Shown here: piece by piece, positions 1-7,827 of the stretch
Numbering within the stretch: the stretch's first letter is position 1
Layout of the letters: every line of letters begins with the position of its first letter
NCBI GenBank assembly: GCA_043804515.1
Contig: JAZDIZ010000067.1
Location: 1 to 11,464, forward strand
Direction: 5' to 3'
DNA length: 11,464 nucleotides
Source: Pseudomonadota bacterium
Lineage (GTDB): Bacteria > Bdellovibrionota_G > JALEGL01 > DATDPG01
Notes under the pieces: model-generated
Databases searched by the model: none
What the model was told of the DNA's origin: nothing
Seen by the model: only the letters and a program-made list of their open reading frames with translations
Translations under genes and position numbers: made by a program

Positions 1-1
1 T

Positions 2-538
2 CCTCCGAAGACCATGGATAAGTCGGGGACCGACCGGCTGCTCAACGCCTTGTACGCTTGCCCCCACGGCGTCTTCGCCATGATCGAGGGGATGCCGAAC
101 GTGGCGAAAACCTCCACGAACCTGGCCATTGTAAAGATGGAAAATGGGAAGGTGAACGTCACCAACATGATCCGAAGCGCCGTCGAGACCAAGAAAACCG
201 ACGTCGCAAACACGATCCGGAGCGTCTTTGAATTGGCGGGAGCGGAAGCGGAGCTGTCCGGTGCGTACCCGGGATGGGAGCCGAACCCGAAATCACCCGT
301 GCTCAAAGTGCTTCAGGACGTGTATCAGAAGAAGTACGGAAAGACCCCCAAGGTGGTCGCCACACACGGGGGGCTGGAATGCGGCTTCATCTGCGGGGCA
401 TACCCGGGGATGGACGCCGTGGCGTTCGGGCCCACGATCAAGTTTCCGCACTCGCCTGACGAGTACGTGGATGTTCCGTCGGTGCAGAAGTTCTGGGACT
501 TCCTGGTGGAGATTCTAAAGGAGATCCCGAAGAAGTAA
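2..538 (+). CDS. pepD: Aminoacyl-histidine dipeptidase (PepD, peptidase M20C), C-terminal part; 5' end lies outside the window
   Basis: Frame is open from base 2, so the ATG at 14 is internal. Typical PepD C-terminal motifs: TSTNLAIV, YPGWEPN, HGGLECG, FGPTIKFPHSPDE. TAA at 536-538. Confidence 0.93.
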   Translation, partial: PPKTMDKSGTDRLLNALYACPHGVFAMIEGMPNVAKTSTNLAIVKMENGKVNVTNMIRSAVETKKTDVANTIRSVFELAGAEAELSGAYPGWEPNPKSPVLKVLQDVYQKKYGKTPKVVATHGGLECGFICGAYPGMDAVAFGPTIKFPHSPDEYVDVPSVQKFWDFLVEILKEIPKK

Positions 539-564
539 CGACGGGTTCGGAAAGCAGATGAAAT

Positions 565-602
565 AAGAAGGGCGGGGTGATTTCACCCCGCCCTCTTTTT
601 TT
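565..602. terminator. Rho-independent terminator, probably bidirectional, between convergent pepD and OPT genes
   Basis: Perfect inverted repeat AGGGCGGGGTGA (569-580) / TCACCCCGCCCT (583-594), followed by T7 (596-602) on +. The A-rich AAATAAGAA on the left side gives a weaker U-tract on -. Confidence 0.92.
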
Positions 603-619
603 CCTCCGAGGTACTCGGC

Positions 620-2662
620 CTACATCACCGCTTGAGGCGGAGGGGGTTCATCCGCTCTTCCGGCCTTCCCCAGCGGCCTGTAGATCAGATACAAGGCCAA
701 CGCCAGAGCGAACGCGATCGCCAGGTACCCGCTGGGTTCGTACGCCGATTGGGACCAGAAGGCGCCCTTGGTGAAGAACACGTAGGCCGCCACCAGGAGT
801 CCCATCAGTGCCTCGCCGGCGATCAGGCCCGATGCCGCCAAGATGCCCGAATTCTCCACGCGTACGCGCTGAGCTTCGTTGTACTTCCGGCGCTTGGCCA
901 GCTTGTCCACGATGCCCCGGATCACGCCGCCCACGAAGATCGCGAATGTGGTCTCGAGGGGCAGGTACATTCCGACCGAGAACAACATCGGGCTCCGGAC
1001 CTTCACCAGGATCATCGCGATTCCCAGGACGATCCCGACCACCACGAGCGGCCACGCCATTTGCCCGCCCACGATTCCCTGCGCGAGCATGGCCATGAGC
1101 CCCGCCTGCGGAGCCGAGAGGGCTTTGTCGCCGAATCCGATTCCCCCCGTCGCGATGTTCGAGGAATGGAGGATGAAGAGCGGGAAAATCATGACCGCGC
1201 TGGCGATCACGACGCCGATAAGATCGCCCACCTGCATCTTCCACGGAGTTCCACCCAGGAGATGCCCCACCTTGAGGTCCTGCAGCATTTCGCCGGCGAC
1301 AGCCGACGAAACGCACACCACGCTGGCGACGCCCAGAACGGCCGCTACGCCCCTATCTCCCGTCAGACCGATGATCACGATCAGGAGTGCCGCGAGGATC
1401 AACGTGGCCAGCGTAAGGCCCGATACCGGGTTGTTGGAGGAACCGATCATCCCGACCAGGTTTCCCGAGACCGCAGCGAAGAGGAATCCCGCCACGAGCA
1501 TGACCATCGCCGCCGTCAGAGCGCCGCCGATCGTGCCTGCGAAGTAGTAGTACACGACGATCATCAGGGCCAGGACCGCCAGGATCCCGACGAGAACCAC
1601 CTTGAAGTTCAGGTCCTTGTCGACCCGGGCTGTGGCCTCCTTGGCCGCGGCCGACTTCTTTACGTCCGCGAAGGATCGCTTCACGCCCGCCCAGAGGTTC
1701 TTCCGCATCTTGTAGAGCGTAAAACAGGCGCCCACTAGCATCCCGCCCACGGCGATCGGCCGGACGACGAACCGCCACACGGCGGCGGCAGTGGCCGTCC
1801 ACGACGCATTGGCGGCGATGTCCAATCCCTGTGCCGGGAAATACGTCGTGATGAGTTGGGGTCCCAAGAAGAATACCAAGAGCGGAACCATGAGTCCCCA
1901 CGCCAGCAAGCCGCCGGCGAAGTTCAACGCGCCTAACTCAGGGCCGATAATGTATCCGACGCCGAAATAGGCCGGGGAAACAGCGGGAAAGGAAATCGAA
2001 TACGCGCCCCCAGCCGGGATGGCGAAGGAGTCCGGCTTGGATCCCAGTTTGACCAAACTCTTGCCGAGTTCGCCTATTTTTCGGAAGTATTCATTGGATT
2101 GCTGGAAGAAATTCGAGGCGGCCAGGAATTGGACAACGGCCCCGATCCCCATGGCTTGGAAGAGTTGCTTGGCCGCCGCGCCGCCCCGTTGGCCGGCTTT
2201 GTGAATCTCCGCCGCCGCTACCGATTCGGGGAATTTGAGGTCTTTGTCTTCCACCATCACCCTTCGAAGGATGGTGACGAAGAGGATGCCCAGGATGCCG
2301 CCCAACATCATCAAAGCGGTGGCTTGGATATATGTACTAAGGGTCATCACCTTGAAATCCCAGAGTCCCAGGATCACGAACGCCGGGATCGTGAAGATAG
2401 CCCCGGCCGCCACCGATTCGCCGATGGAGCCCACGGTTCGGGCGAAGTTCTCTTCCAGGACGTTGCCCTTGAAGAATCGTAATACGGCCATGCCGATGAC
2501 GGCCGCCGGATATGTGGCGGCGATCGTCATTCCGGCGCGAAGGCCGAGGTACGCATTGGCCGCGCCGAGGACGACTGTCATCAAAAGGCCCAGAATCAAC
2601 GCAGAGATGCTGAATTCCTTCATCTTGCGATCGGAAGGAACGAACGGCTTGAAATTCTCCAT
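620..2662 (-). CDS. Oligopeptide transporter, OPT (YSL-like) family, 680 aa
   Basis: Polytopic membrane protein with OPT motifs ANAYLGLRAGMTIAATYPAAVI, ENFARTVGSIGES, LKFPESVAAAE, GSSNNPVSG, LQDLKVGHLLGGTPWKMQ, APQAGLM, ASGLIAGEALMG. SD-like GAGGGGG upstream of ATG. Confidence 0.95.
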   Translation of the reverse strand: MENFKPFVPSDRKMKEFSISALILGLLMTVVLGAANAYLGLRAGMTIAATYPAAVIGMAVLRFFKGNVLEENFARTVGSIGESVAAGAIFTIPAFVILGLWDFKVMTLSTYIQATALMMLGGILGILFVTILRRVMVEDKDLKFPESVAAAEIHKAGQRGGAAAKQLFQAMGIGAVVQFLAASNFFQQSNEYFRKIGELGKSLVKLGSKPDSFAIPAGGAYSISFPAVSPAYFGVGYIIGPELGALNFAGGLLAWGLMVPLLVFFLGPQLITTYFPAQGLDIAANASWTATAAAVWRFVVRPIAVGGMLVGACFTLYKMRKNLWAGVKRSFADVKKSAAAKEATARVDKDLNFKVVLVGILAVLALMIVVYYYFAGTIGGALTAAMVMLVAGFLFAAVSGNLVGMIGSSNNPVSGLTLATLILAALLIVIIGLTGDRGVAAVLGVASVVCVSSAVAGEMLQDLKVGHLLGGTPWKMQVGDLIGVVIASAVMIFPLFILHSSNIATGGIGFGDKALSAPQAGLMAMLAQGIVGGQMAWPLVVVGIVLGIAMILVKVRSPMLFSVGMYLPLETTFAIFVGGVIRGIVDKLAKRRKYNEAQRVRVENSGILAASGLIAGEALMGLLVAAYVFFTKGAFWSQSAYEPSGYLAIAFALALALYLIYRPLGKAGRADEPPPPQAVM

Positions 2663-2751
2663 AGGAAAAAGCCCCCTCGGTTTGTTATTCGCTAAGGCCC
2701 CGATACGGCAAAGGAATCCGGAGCGAAGGAATATTTACACTCAAAATCGGC

Positions 2752-4092
2752 TTACGCAACGTTTCTGCGATCCAGGCGGTCCGTACCCCACCGGAAGATC
2801 AGGAGGGCCAAAAACGCGCCGAGTCCGATCGCGGAATACACGTACCAGATGTAATGAGCGTGCTGATACGCCGTGGCCGCCTGCTCCGGGGGCATCGCCG
2901 CCACCACTTTGGGATCGGGGCACCAGCGCTCCAGGAGGCGGCCGCTCAGGATAAACGCGAAACCCCAGGCAAACGCCGTCGTCAGGTTGCAGTATCCCAT
3001 GTACAAGCCCTCCTCCCCCTTGGCCGCCTGTTTGGAGGCGTACTCAAAATAACGGGGCGACAGGAAACTTTCCGCAAGCCCCTGGAACGCGATGCCGATG
3101 ACGAGCATCAATGTAACCGGATGCAAGGATATGGCGCCGATGCTGAGGTTTCCGGTCCCCAGCTTCGGAGCGAGGGCCACGCTCAGGGCGGAAAGCGGAA
3201 TAATCGCCATGGCGATGGCGATCGACGTGACCGGCCGGAGTTTTCGCGCGAGATGTGTGACGGGGAGGACACACAGAACCACCACGAGGGGGTTGACGTT
3301 GGCCAGCCAGCCGGGCTTGGCGAAATCGCTCACCATCCTAAGGAGGTACTTCGGCATCGTGGCGTAAAGCTGCCCCTGAAGCGTCCAGAAACCCCCGACG
3401 ATGACGATCAGGCACATGAACCGGAAATTCGTCACGACCTTGCGCAATCCTTGCAGGATTTCTCCGAAACTCTTTCCTTTTCCCGGGTCCTCTTTCACGC
3501 GGAATGCGATCAGGACCAAGAGAAGCGCCACAAAAGCGCATGCGGCGGAATAGTAATTGATCTGTCTCAGGCCCGTGATACCCGCGGCATCGTCCCGAAA
3601 TACGGTTCGGATCGGGTCCACCATGAGCTTTCCCGTGAAAGCCCCGATGTTCACCATCCAGTAGAAGATGGAAAAAGCCCTGGCACGGTTCAAGTCATCG
3701 GAGCAACGGGCCGCCGTGCCGCTGATGACCGGCTTGACGATCGCGCCTCCCAGCATGATCAGGGCCAACGCCGCGATCGCCGCTCCCTTCAATGGGAAGA
3801 GGCCGAGGACGGCGTAGCCCGAACAGAGAAGCGCGAAGGCCAGAGCCAGAGCGCTGCGGAATCCGACCTTGTCGGCCAAGGCGCCCATGAACGTGGGCAT
3901 GAAATACAGGAGGAAGGCGAACACGCCGGTGATGTCGCCGGTCTGGGCGTCGGTGTACCCGACCTCCTTGGTCAAATAGACGGCCAGGTAAATGAAACAG
4001 CCGTAATAAGCCGCGCGTTCGCAGAGCTCGATCAGGTTGGCGATCCAGAACTCACGGGGAAAACGCCAGGTGCTTGTTCCAGTCTCAGTCAT
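2752..4092 (-). CDS. MFS transporter, POT/PTR2-like proton-dependent peptide transporter, 446 aa
   Basis: TM1 ExxERxxYYG signature (ELCERAAYYG, 4029-4000), MFS motif A (GALADKVGFR), KP in TM4, and PTR-like AFSIFYWMVNIGAF. SD GAGGAG upstream of ATG. Confidence 0.88.
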   Translation of the reverse strand: MTETGTSTWRFPREFWIANLIELCERAAYYGCFIYLAVYLTKEVGYTDAQTGDITGVFAFLLYFMPTFMGALADKVGFRSALALAFALLCSGYAVLGLFPLKGAAIAALALIMLGGAIVKPVISGTAARCSDDLNRARAFSIFYWMVNIGAFTGKLMVDPIRTVFRDDAAGITGLRQINYYSAACAFVALLLVLIAFRVKEDPGKGKSFGEILQGLRKVVTNFRFMCLIVIVGGFWTLQGQLYATMPKYLLRMVSDFAKPGWLANVNPLVVVLCVLPVTHLARKLRPVTSIAIAMAIIPLSALSVALAPKLGTGNLSIGAISLHPVTLMLVIGIAFQGLAESFLSPRYFEYASKQAAKGEEGLYMGYCNLTTAFAWGFAFILSGRLLERWCPDPKVVAAMPPEQAATAYQHAHYIWYVYSAIGLGAFLALLIFRWGTDRLDRRNVA

Positions 4093-4122
4093 CTTCTGCT
4101 CCTCTTCTCGTCGTCAATCTAT

Positions 4123-4722
4123 TCAAGTTCTCTTCGGATGCGAAGCAATCCAGATCCCCGCATATCCCAAGGCCCACGGTTCGGAACGGACGGAGGAAAA
4201 ATGCGCGCAAAGAACCTTCTCGATCGGCTTCTCCGCCGATGTGCCCCAGATGCGAAGCCACCATCGAAACAGAGGATTCAGGGGTCTCAGGAATCCGCGG
4301 AGGGGAGAGAAGTCCAGGACGACGAGGACACCGTCGTCGGAAAGCGAAGCAGGGATGGCGGCAAGGGCCTGTTCCCAGTCGTCGATGATGCTGAGAGCGT
4401 AAGCGCAAATCACCTTGTTCACGCGCATTTTGAGGGGACTGTCCCGAATGTCCGCGCAAACCAAGAGTGCACGGGGGGACTTGCGGCGGGCGGGATGAAG
4501 CATGGCGAGGGACGAATCCAACCCCAGGGCTTGATCGGCTCCCGCATTGAACAGGAGGGAGAGGTTCAAGCCGGTACCGCATGCGAAATCGACGACAGTT
4601 TCGCCTTTTCGAACGTTCAAAGCGCGCACGGCGCTCTTTCGGCGGGGGAGGAGAAACCGGCGGGTCAGATCGTAAAACCGGGCGTGGAAGGCATAGAAAC
4701 GTTTCAAGTCCCGAGGTTCCAT
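4123..4722 (-). CDS. Class I SAM-dependent methyltransferase, BtaB/PmtA-like (lipid head-group N-methyltransferase-like), 199 aa
   Basis: Motif I VVDFACGTGLNL, GLDSS, ADI, YALSIIDDWEQAL, GVLVVLDF. N-terminal FY..HARFYDLTRR resembles BtaB-type proteins. The fold is confident; the substrate is not. Confidence 0.88.
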   Translation of the reverse strand: MEPRDLKRFYAFHARFYDLTRRFLLPRRKSAVRALNVRKGETVVDFACGTGLNLSLLFNAGADQALGLDSSLAMLHPARRKSPRALLVCADIRDSPLKMRVNKVICAYALSIIDDWEQALAAIPASLSDDGVLVVLDFSPLRGFLRPLNPLFRWWLRIWGTSAEKPIEKVLCAHFSSVRSEPWALGYAGIWIASHPKRT

Positions 4723-4745
4723 GTCGTAGGCCGCAGACTGCAGAA

Positions 4746-4784
4746 AAAGTACGATATTTTAAATAGTTATTCAACAGATTTGAA
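4746..4784 (-). promoter_or_regulatory. Candidate sigma70-type promoter(s) for the methyltransferase/POT genes
   Basis: AT-rich island. On the - strand, TTGAAT(4774-4769)-N17-TACTTT(4751-4746) and TTCAAA(4784-4779)-N17-TAAAAT(4761-4756). Confidence 0.45.
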
Positions 4785-4832
4785 AGTAATTTCTCAAGTC
4801 ATCGAGGGCTCGAATCTCTCACGCTAATCCTT

Positions 4833-4860
4833 TTGAAAGGGCTCTCGAGTCGCGTAAGCT
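4833..4860 (+). promoter_or_regulatory. Candidate sigma70-type promoter for the 4903 lipoprotein
   Basis: TTGAAA(4833-4838)-N16-TAAGCT(4855-4860), about 40 nt upstream of the GGAGG SD and ATG 4903. Confidence 0.4.
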
Positions 4861-4902
4861 CCGAACCCAGAACTTCTTTACTGGCGTCTCAGGGAGGCTT
4901 CG

Positions 4903-6156
4903 ATGCGACACTTGTTTTGGATCACGCCGGTTCTAATAGGTCTGGCACTGAGCTGCGGGGGCAGCGGTGGTGGCGCGGGCCTGAATAGCGCCCAACATGT
5001 CACGGGCACCGTTTATGCGGCCAACGGCACGGACCCCGTGGCGGGGGCTACTGTCTATATTCCCAACAGCTCATCATCCAAAATCTCGCTCGTCCGTCAT
5101 GCCCGAACAAGGGTGCGGGCATTAACGAGCGAGGACAATACGACGTGCGATGACCCGGCCGAGGCGAGCTGCGGATCGACCTGTAGCGGCGCGAACGGCA
5201 CGTTCACAATGGATACGAGCGGGTGCACGGGGAGGGAAACCACGCTCAAGATCATCAAGGGGATCTTCAGGAAGACCGTGACGATGAACTGTTCCGGAGA
5301 CACATGCGAGATCTCCAAGGCGGACTGCACGTTTGACGCCGACGCTACGGGCACCGACGCCACGAAGATGGCCGTTGTGACGGGAAGTTGGGACAAAATG
5401 GAGGATGTTCTGGCCAAATTGGGCTACGGAACCGTGGGTGATGACGGCCATCTCGTGTCCGGGACCGAGAAGTTTACGATTTTCGGTGCGAGCACTCTTT
5501 TTGACGGCGAGCACGATCTATCCCAGTACGACATCATCTTCATCAACTGCGGCGCGGGCGAATCCCCGCTCTATACCGACGCGATCAAGACGAGCATCTC
5601 GGATTATGTGACCAACGGCGGGAAGCTCTACGTCACGGACCTTGCCTATGACTATGTCGAGCAGATCTTCCCTCAGGTGATGAAATTCGAAAACGACCCG
5701 GATTCGGACTCCACGTCGGGCGACATGAATGAGGCGGAACTAGGTACGTCAGGTCTTACGGTCGACGCTGCGGTCAATAACACCACGATGATGAGTTGGC
5801 TCGGGGGCGTGACGGTGAACACCGGGTGGGATTTTGTTGATGACGCTAGCTGTGAGTCCTCGACGATACACGTCAACGCTAAGACGGGCGCGCTTAATGA
5901 CAACGGGACAATTCCCGTCGGTGACTTTCTGTCCGGGTGGGCTGAGATGAACAGCGCACATACCGATCAGAGCCCCACGATCTGGATTCAGGGAGACATC
6001 ATGAGCTTGGCAACCCGCCCCCTAACGGTCTCGATGGACATCGGGACGCACGGAGGTAAGGTCCTTTACAGCTCGTATCATACGTCGGAGAGCTGTCCCT
6101 CCACAGGCTTCTGGCCGCAGGAAAGGGTGCTTCAATATCTGGTTTTTGAGATGTAG
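4903..6156 (+). CDS. Cys-rich lipoprotein of unknown function: N-terminal carboxypeptidase-regulatory-like (transthyretin-like) beta domain plus C-terminal alpha/beta domain, 417 aa
   Basis: SD GGAGG, signal peptide with lipobox LALS-C followed by a Gly/Ser linker. VTGTVYAANGTDPVAGATVY and ANGTFTM fit a CarboxypepD_reg-like domain. C-terminal motifs MAVVTGSWD, YDIIFINCG, GGKLYVTD, GGKVLYSSYH. Confidence 0.85.
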   Translation: MRHLFWITPVLIGLALSCGGSGGGAGLNSAQHVTGTVYAANGTDPVAGATVYIPNSSSSKISLVRHARTRVRALTSEDNTTCDDPAEASCGSTCSGANGTFTMDTSGCTGRETTLKIIKGIFRKTVTMNCSGDTCEISKADCTFDADATGTDATKMAVVTGSWDKMEDVLAKLGYGTVGDDGHLVSGTEKFTIFGASTLFDGEHDLSQYDIIFINCGAGESPLYTDAIKTSISDYVTNGGKLYVTDLAYDYVEQIFPQVMKFENDPDSDSTSGDMNEAELGTSGLTVDAAVNNTTMMSWLGGVTVNTGWDFVDDASCESSTIHVNAKTGALNDNGTIPVGDFLSGWAEMNSAHTDQSPTIWIQGDIMSLATRPLTVSMDIGTHGGKVLYSSYHTSESCPSTGFWPQERVLQYLVFEM

Positions 6157-6232
6157 AACTCGAATCTGCTTCGGGTAGCGGGCAACCGCAATCGGAGTCG
6201 GTTTTCGGATACCGGTCCCCGGAGACCGATCT

Positions 6233-7666
6233 CTACCGCTGCGCCGCGGTGTCCATCGGTTCGATGTGGATTACGATCCTGCCCACGTGCGGGAGTTCCA
6301 AGCGCAGGCGGTCCTCGATCTTGACCGTCATCTCATGGGCCTCCGCGATGTTGAGTCGGCCGTCGCACGCACAACGAAGAACGACCGCCAGCTTTCCGGC
6401 CTCCCTGCGGACCAAGAGGTCCTGTGTGCTGTAGACCAGGTGATATTCTTTCACCAGCTGCGTGAGGATGTTCCGGATGTTTTCCACTTCGGAAGGAGAG
6501 GGCGGGCCTGCATCGGGGGTGTCCCCTTCGAACGGTTCGATGTGCGTGGTGACCGAGGGAAATGAGGGGAGGGCGTTGCGCAGGTCGGTCTCGAAAAGGC
6601 TGACCTTCTCGTGCGCCTGTTCCACGCTCAGGGACTTGTCGACTTCCAGGTGCATCTCGATGGAGCCGAGTTTCGGGGTGGTGGAGAATGCGATGGCGTG
6701 GGCGTCCAGGCCGTGTCTGCGCGCGATGTCACGGATCTTCTCGACGGCGCTCTCGTGGGTCTGGCCGCTGGGGTCCACGTGCACCACCACGTCCGCCTCC
6801 GGCAGGCGTTTCCGGATCGAGGCCTCGGCTTGATGGGCGATCTCGTTGGCGTACGCGAGCGTGTACTCCCGGGGGACGGACAGGGTCACGTCGGCAAAAA
6901 AGACGGGGCCGCTTCGGCGTACCCTTGCGCGAAGAACTTCGCTCACGCCGGGAACCTGGGCGGCCTGGATCACCTTCCCGACCAAGTCACCGGGCACGGT
7001 GTCCAGAAGATCGGCGACCGTCTTTCTCCCGAGGCGCACGCTGATCCAGACGACGATTCCCGCGACCATCAACGCGGCCACCGAATCGGCTTTCACGAGC
7101 CAAGGTTGGTCGAAACGATGCGCGAGATAAACCATTCCCAGGCCGAACAGGACCACCAGGGAGGACCAGATATCCGTGGAGAAATGGAGGGCGTCGGCTT
7201 CCAGCGCCTGGCTCTGATATTTCTTGGCGGCGCGCGACAGGGCGCGGGATCGTGAACTGTCCACGACGATCGAGATCAGGATAACGAGAAAGCCCCAGAC
7301 GTTCGCTTCCACGTCGACCTGATGGAAAAAGAGGCGGTGGATCGCCTCGTAAACGATCCAGACGCACGTCACCAGGAGCAAGACGGTCTCGAACAACGCC
7401 GAAATGCTCTCGACTTTACCGTGGCCGTATGGATGTTCGCGATCGGCCGGCTTGCTCGACGTCCGTACGGCAAATAGGGTTATGACGGCCGCCACGAGAT
7501 CCAAACCGGAATGTGCCGCCTCGGAAAGGATCCCGAGGCTTCCGGTCGACAGGCCCACCACCAACTTCATCCCGGTCAGAAAGACGGCCGCGAAGACCGA
7601 TGAAAGAGCTACAAAACGCTTCTCCCCATCCGCGGAATGGTGGTGGCCATGAGGGTGGGAGTGCAC
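6233..7666 (-). CDS. Cation diffusion facilitator (CDF) family metal efflux transporter with three tandem C-terminal dimerisation domains
   Basis: CDF signature SLGILSEAAHSGLD, KPADREHPYGHGKVE, ALEADALHFSTD. Three CTD-ending motifs HVDP, HIEP, HIEP. His-rich N-terminus. The ORF track starts at GTG 7681; I prefer GTG 7666 (see promoter). Confidence 0.94.
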   Translation of the reverse strand: MHSHPHGHHHSADGEKRFVALSSVFAAVFLTGMKLVVGLSTGSLGILSEAAHSGLDLVAAVITLFAVRTSSKPADREHPYGHGKVESISALFETVLLLVTCVWIVYEAIHRLFFHQVDVEANVWGFLVILISIVVDSSRSRALSRAAKKYQSQALEADALHFSTDIWSSLVVLFGLGMVYLAHRFDQPWLVKADSVAALMVAGIVVWISVRLGRKTVADLLDTVPGDLVGKVIQAAQVPGVSEVLRARVRRSGPVFFADVTLSVPREYTLAYANEIAHQAEASIRKRLPEADVVVHVDPSGQTHESAVEKIRDIARRHGLDAHAIAFSTTPKLGSIEMHLEVDKSLSVEQAHEKVSLFETDLRNALPSFPSVTTHIEPFEGDTPDAGPPSPSEVENIRNILTQLVKEYHLVYSTQDLLVRREAGKLAVVLRCACDGRLNIAEAHEMTVKIEDRLRLELPHVGRIVIHIEPMDTAAQR

Positions 7667-7672
7667 CGACCG

Positions 7673-7702
7673 ATTAAACACCTAGAAAGCGGGACCCGGC
7701 AA
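7673..7702 (-). promoter_or_regulatory. Candidate sigma70 promoter giving a leaderless CDF transcript
   Basis: TTGCCG(7702-7697)-N18-TTTAAT(7678-7673), then 6 nt, then in-frame GTG at 7666. No SD before either GTG. Confidence 0.55.
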
Positions 7703-7827
7703 TGGTTTCGGGTGTCGGGCCCGATTGCGCGGTCCGTCCTTCAGCCGGGGGGACGCCTTTTCACCTGAACCAGCAATTTCTATGGGTTTTTTCCGGTTTC
7801 GGGTAAAAAGCCGCCTGGGGGTTTTCC

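Noticed and set aside
632..1738. 368-aa + strand ORF and other overlapping ORFs (648-1316, 879-1547, 2235-2954, 4085-4774, 6611-7255, 8338-9078, 8769-9365)
   Set aside because: These are shadow or alternative frames of well-supported genes, with biased composition and no family motifs.
4093..4125. Possible TGA readthrough or selenocysteine fusion of methyltransferase and POT (same frame, 30-nt gap)
   Set aside because: The gap reads ATA GAT TGA, giving a second in-frame stop, and POT has its own GAGGAG SD.
2854..4827. 657-aa ORF on the + strand
   Set aside because: It is the in-register antisense shadow of the POT and methyltransferase genes, which share a frame. It has no recognisable motifs, and such ORFs are common in GC-rich DNA.
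4820..4900. Possible c-di-GMP-I riboswitch or SD-sequestering hairpin before the lipoprotein (CCTTTTGAAAGG; AAGCTCC...GGAGGCTT)
   Set aside because: The conserved core and tetraloop receptor are not recognisable, and the 5' arm overlaps the candidate -10, so it would probably not be transcribed. An Rfam cmscan would settle it.
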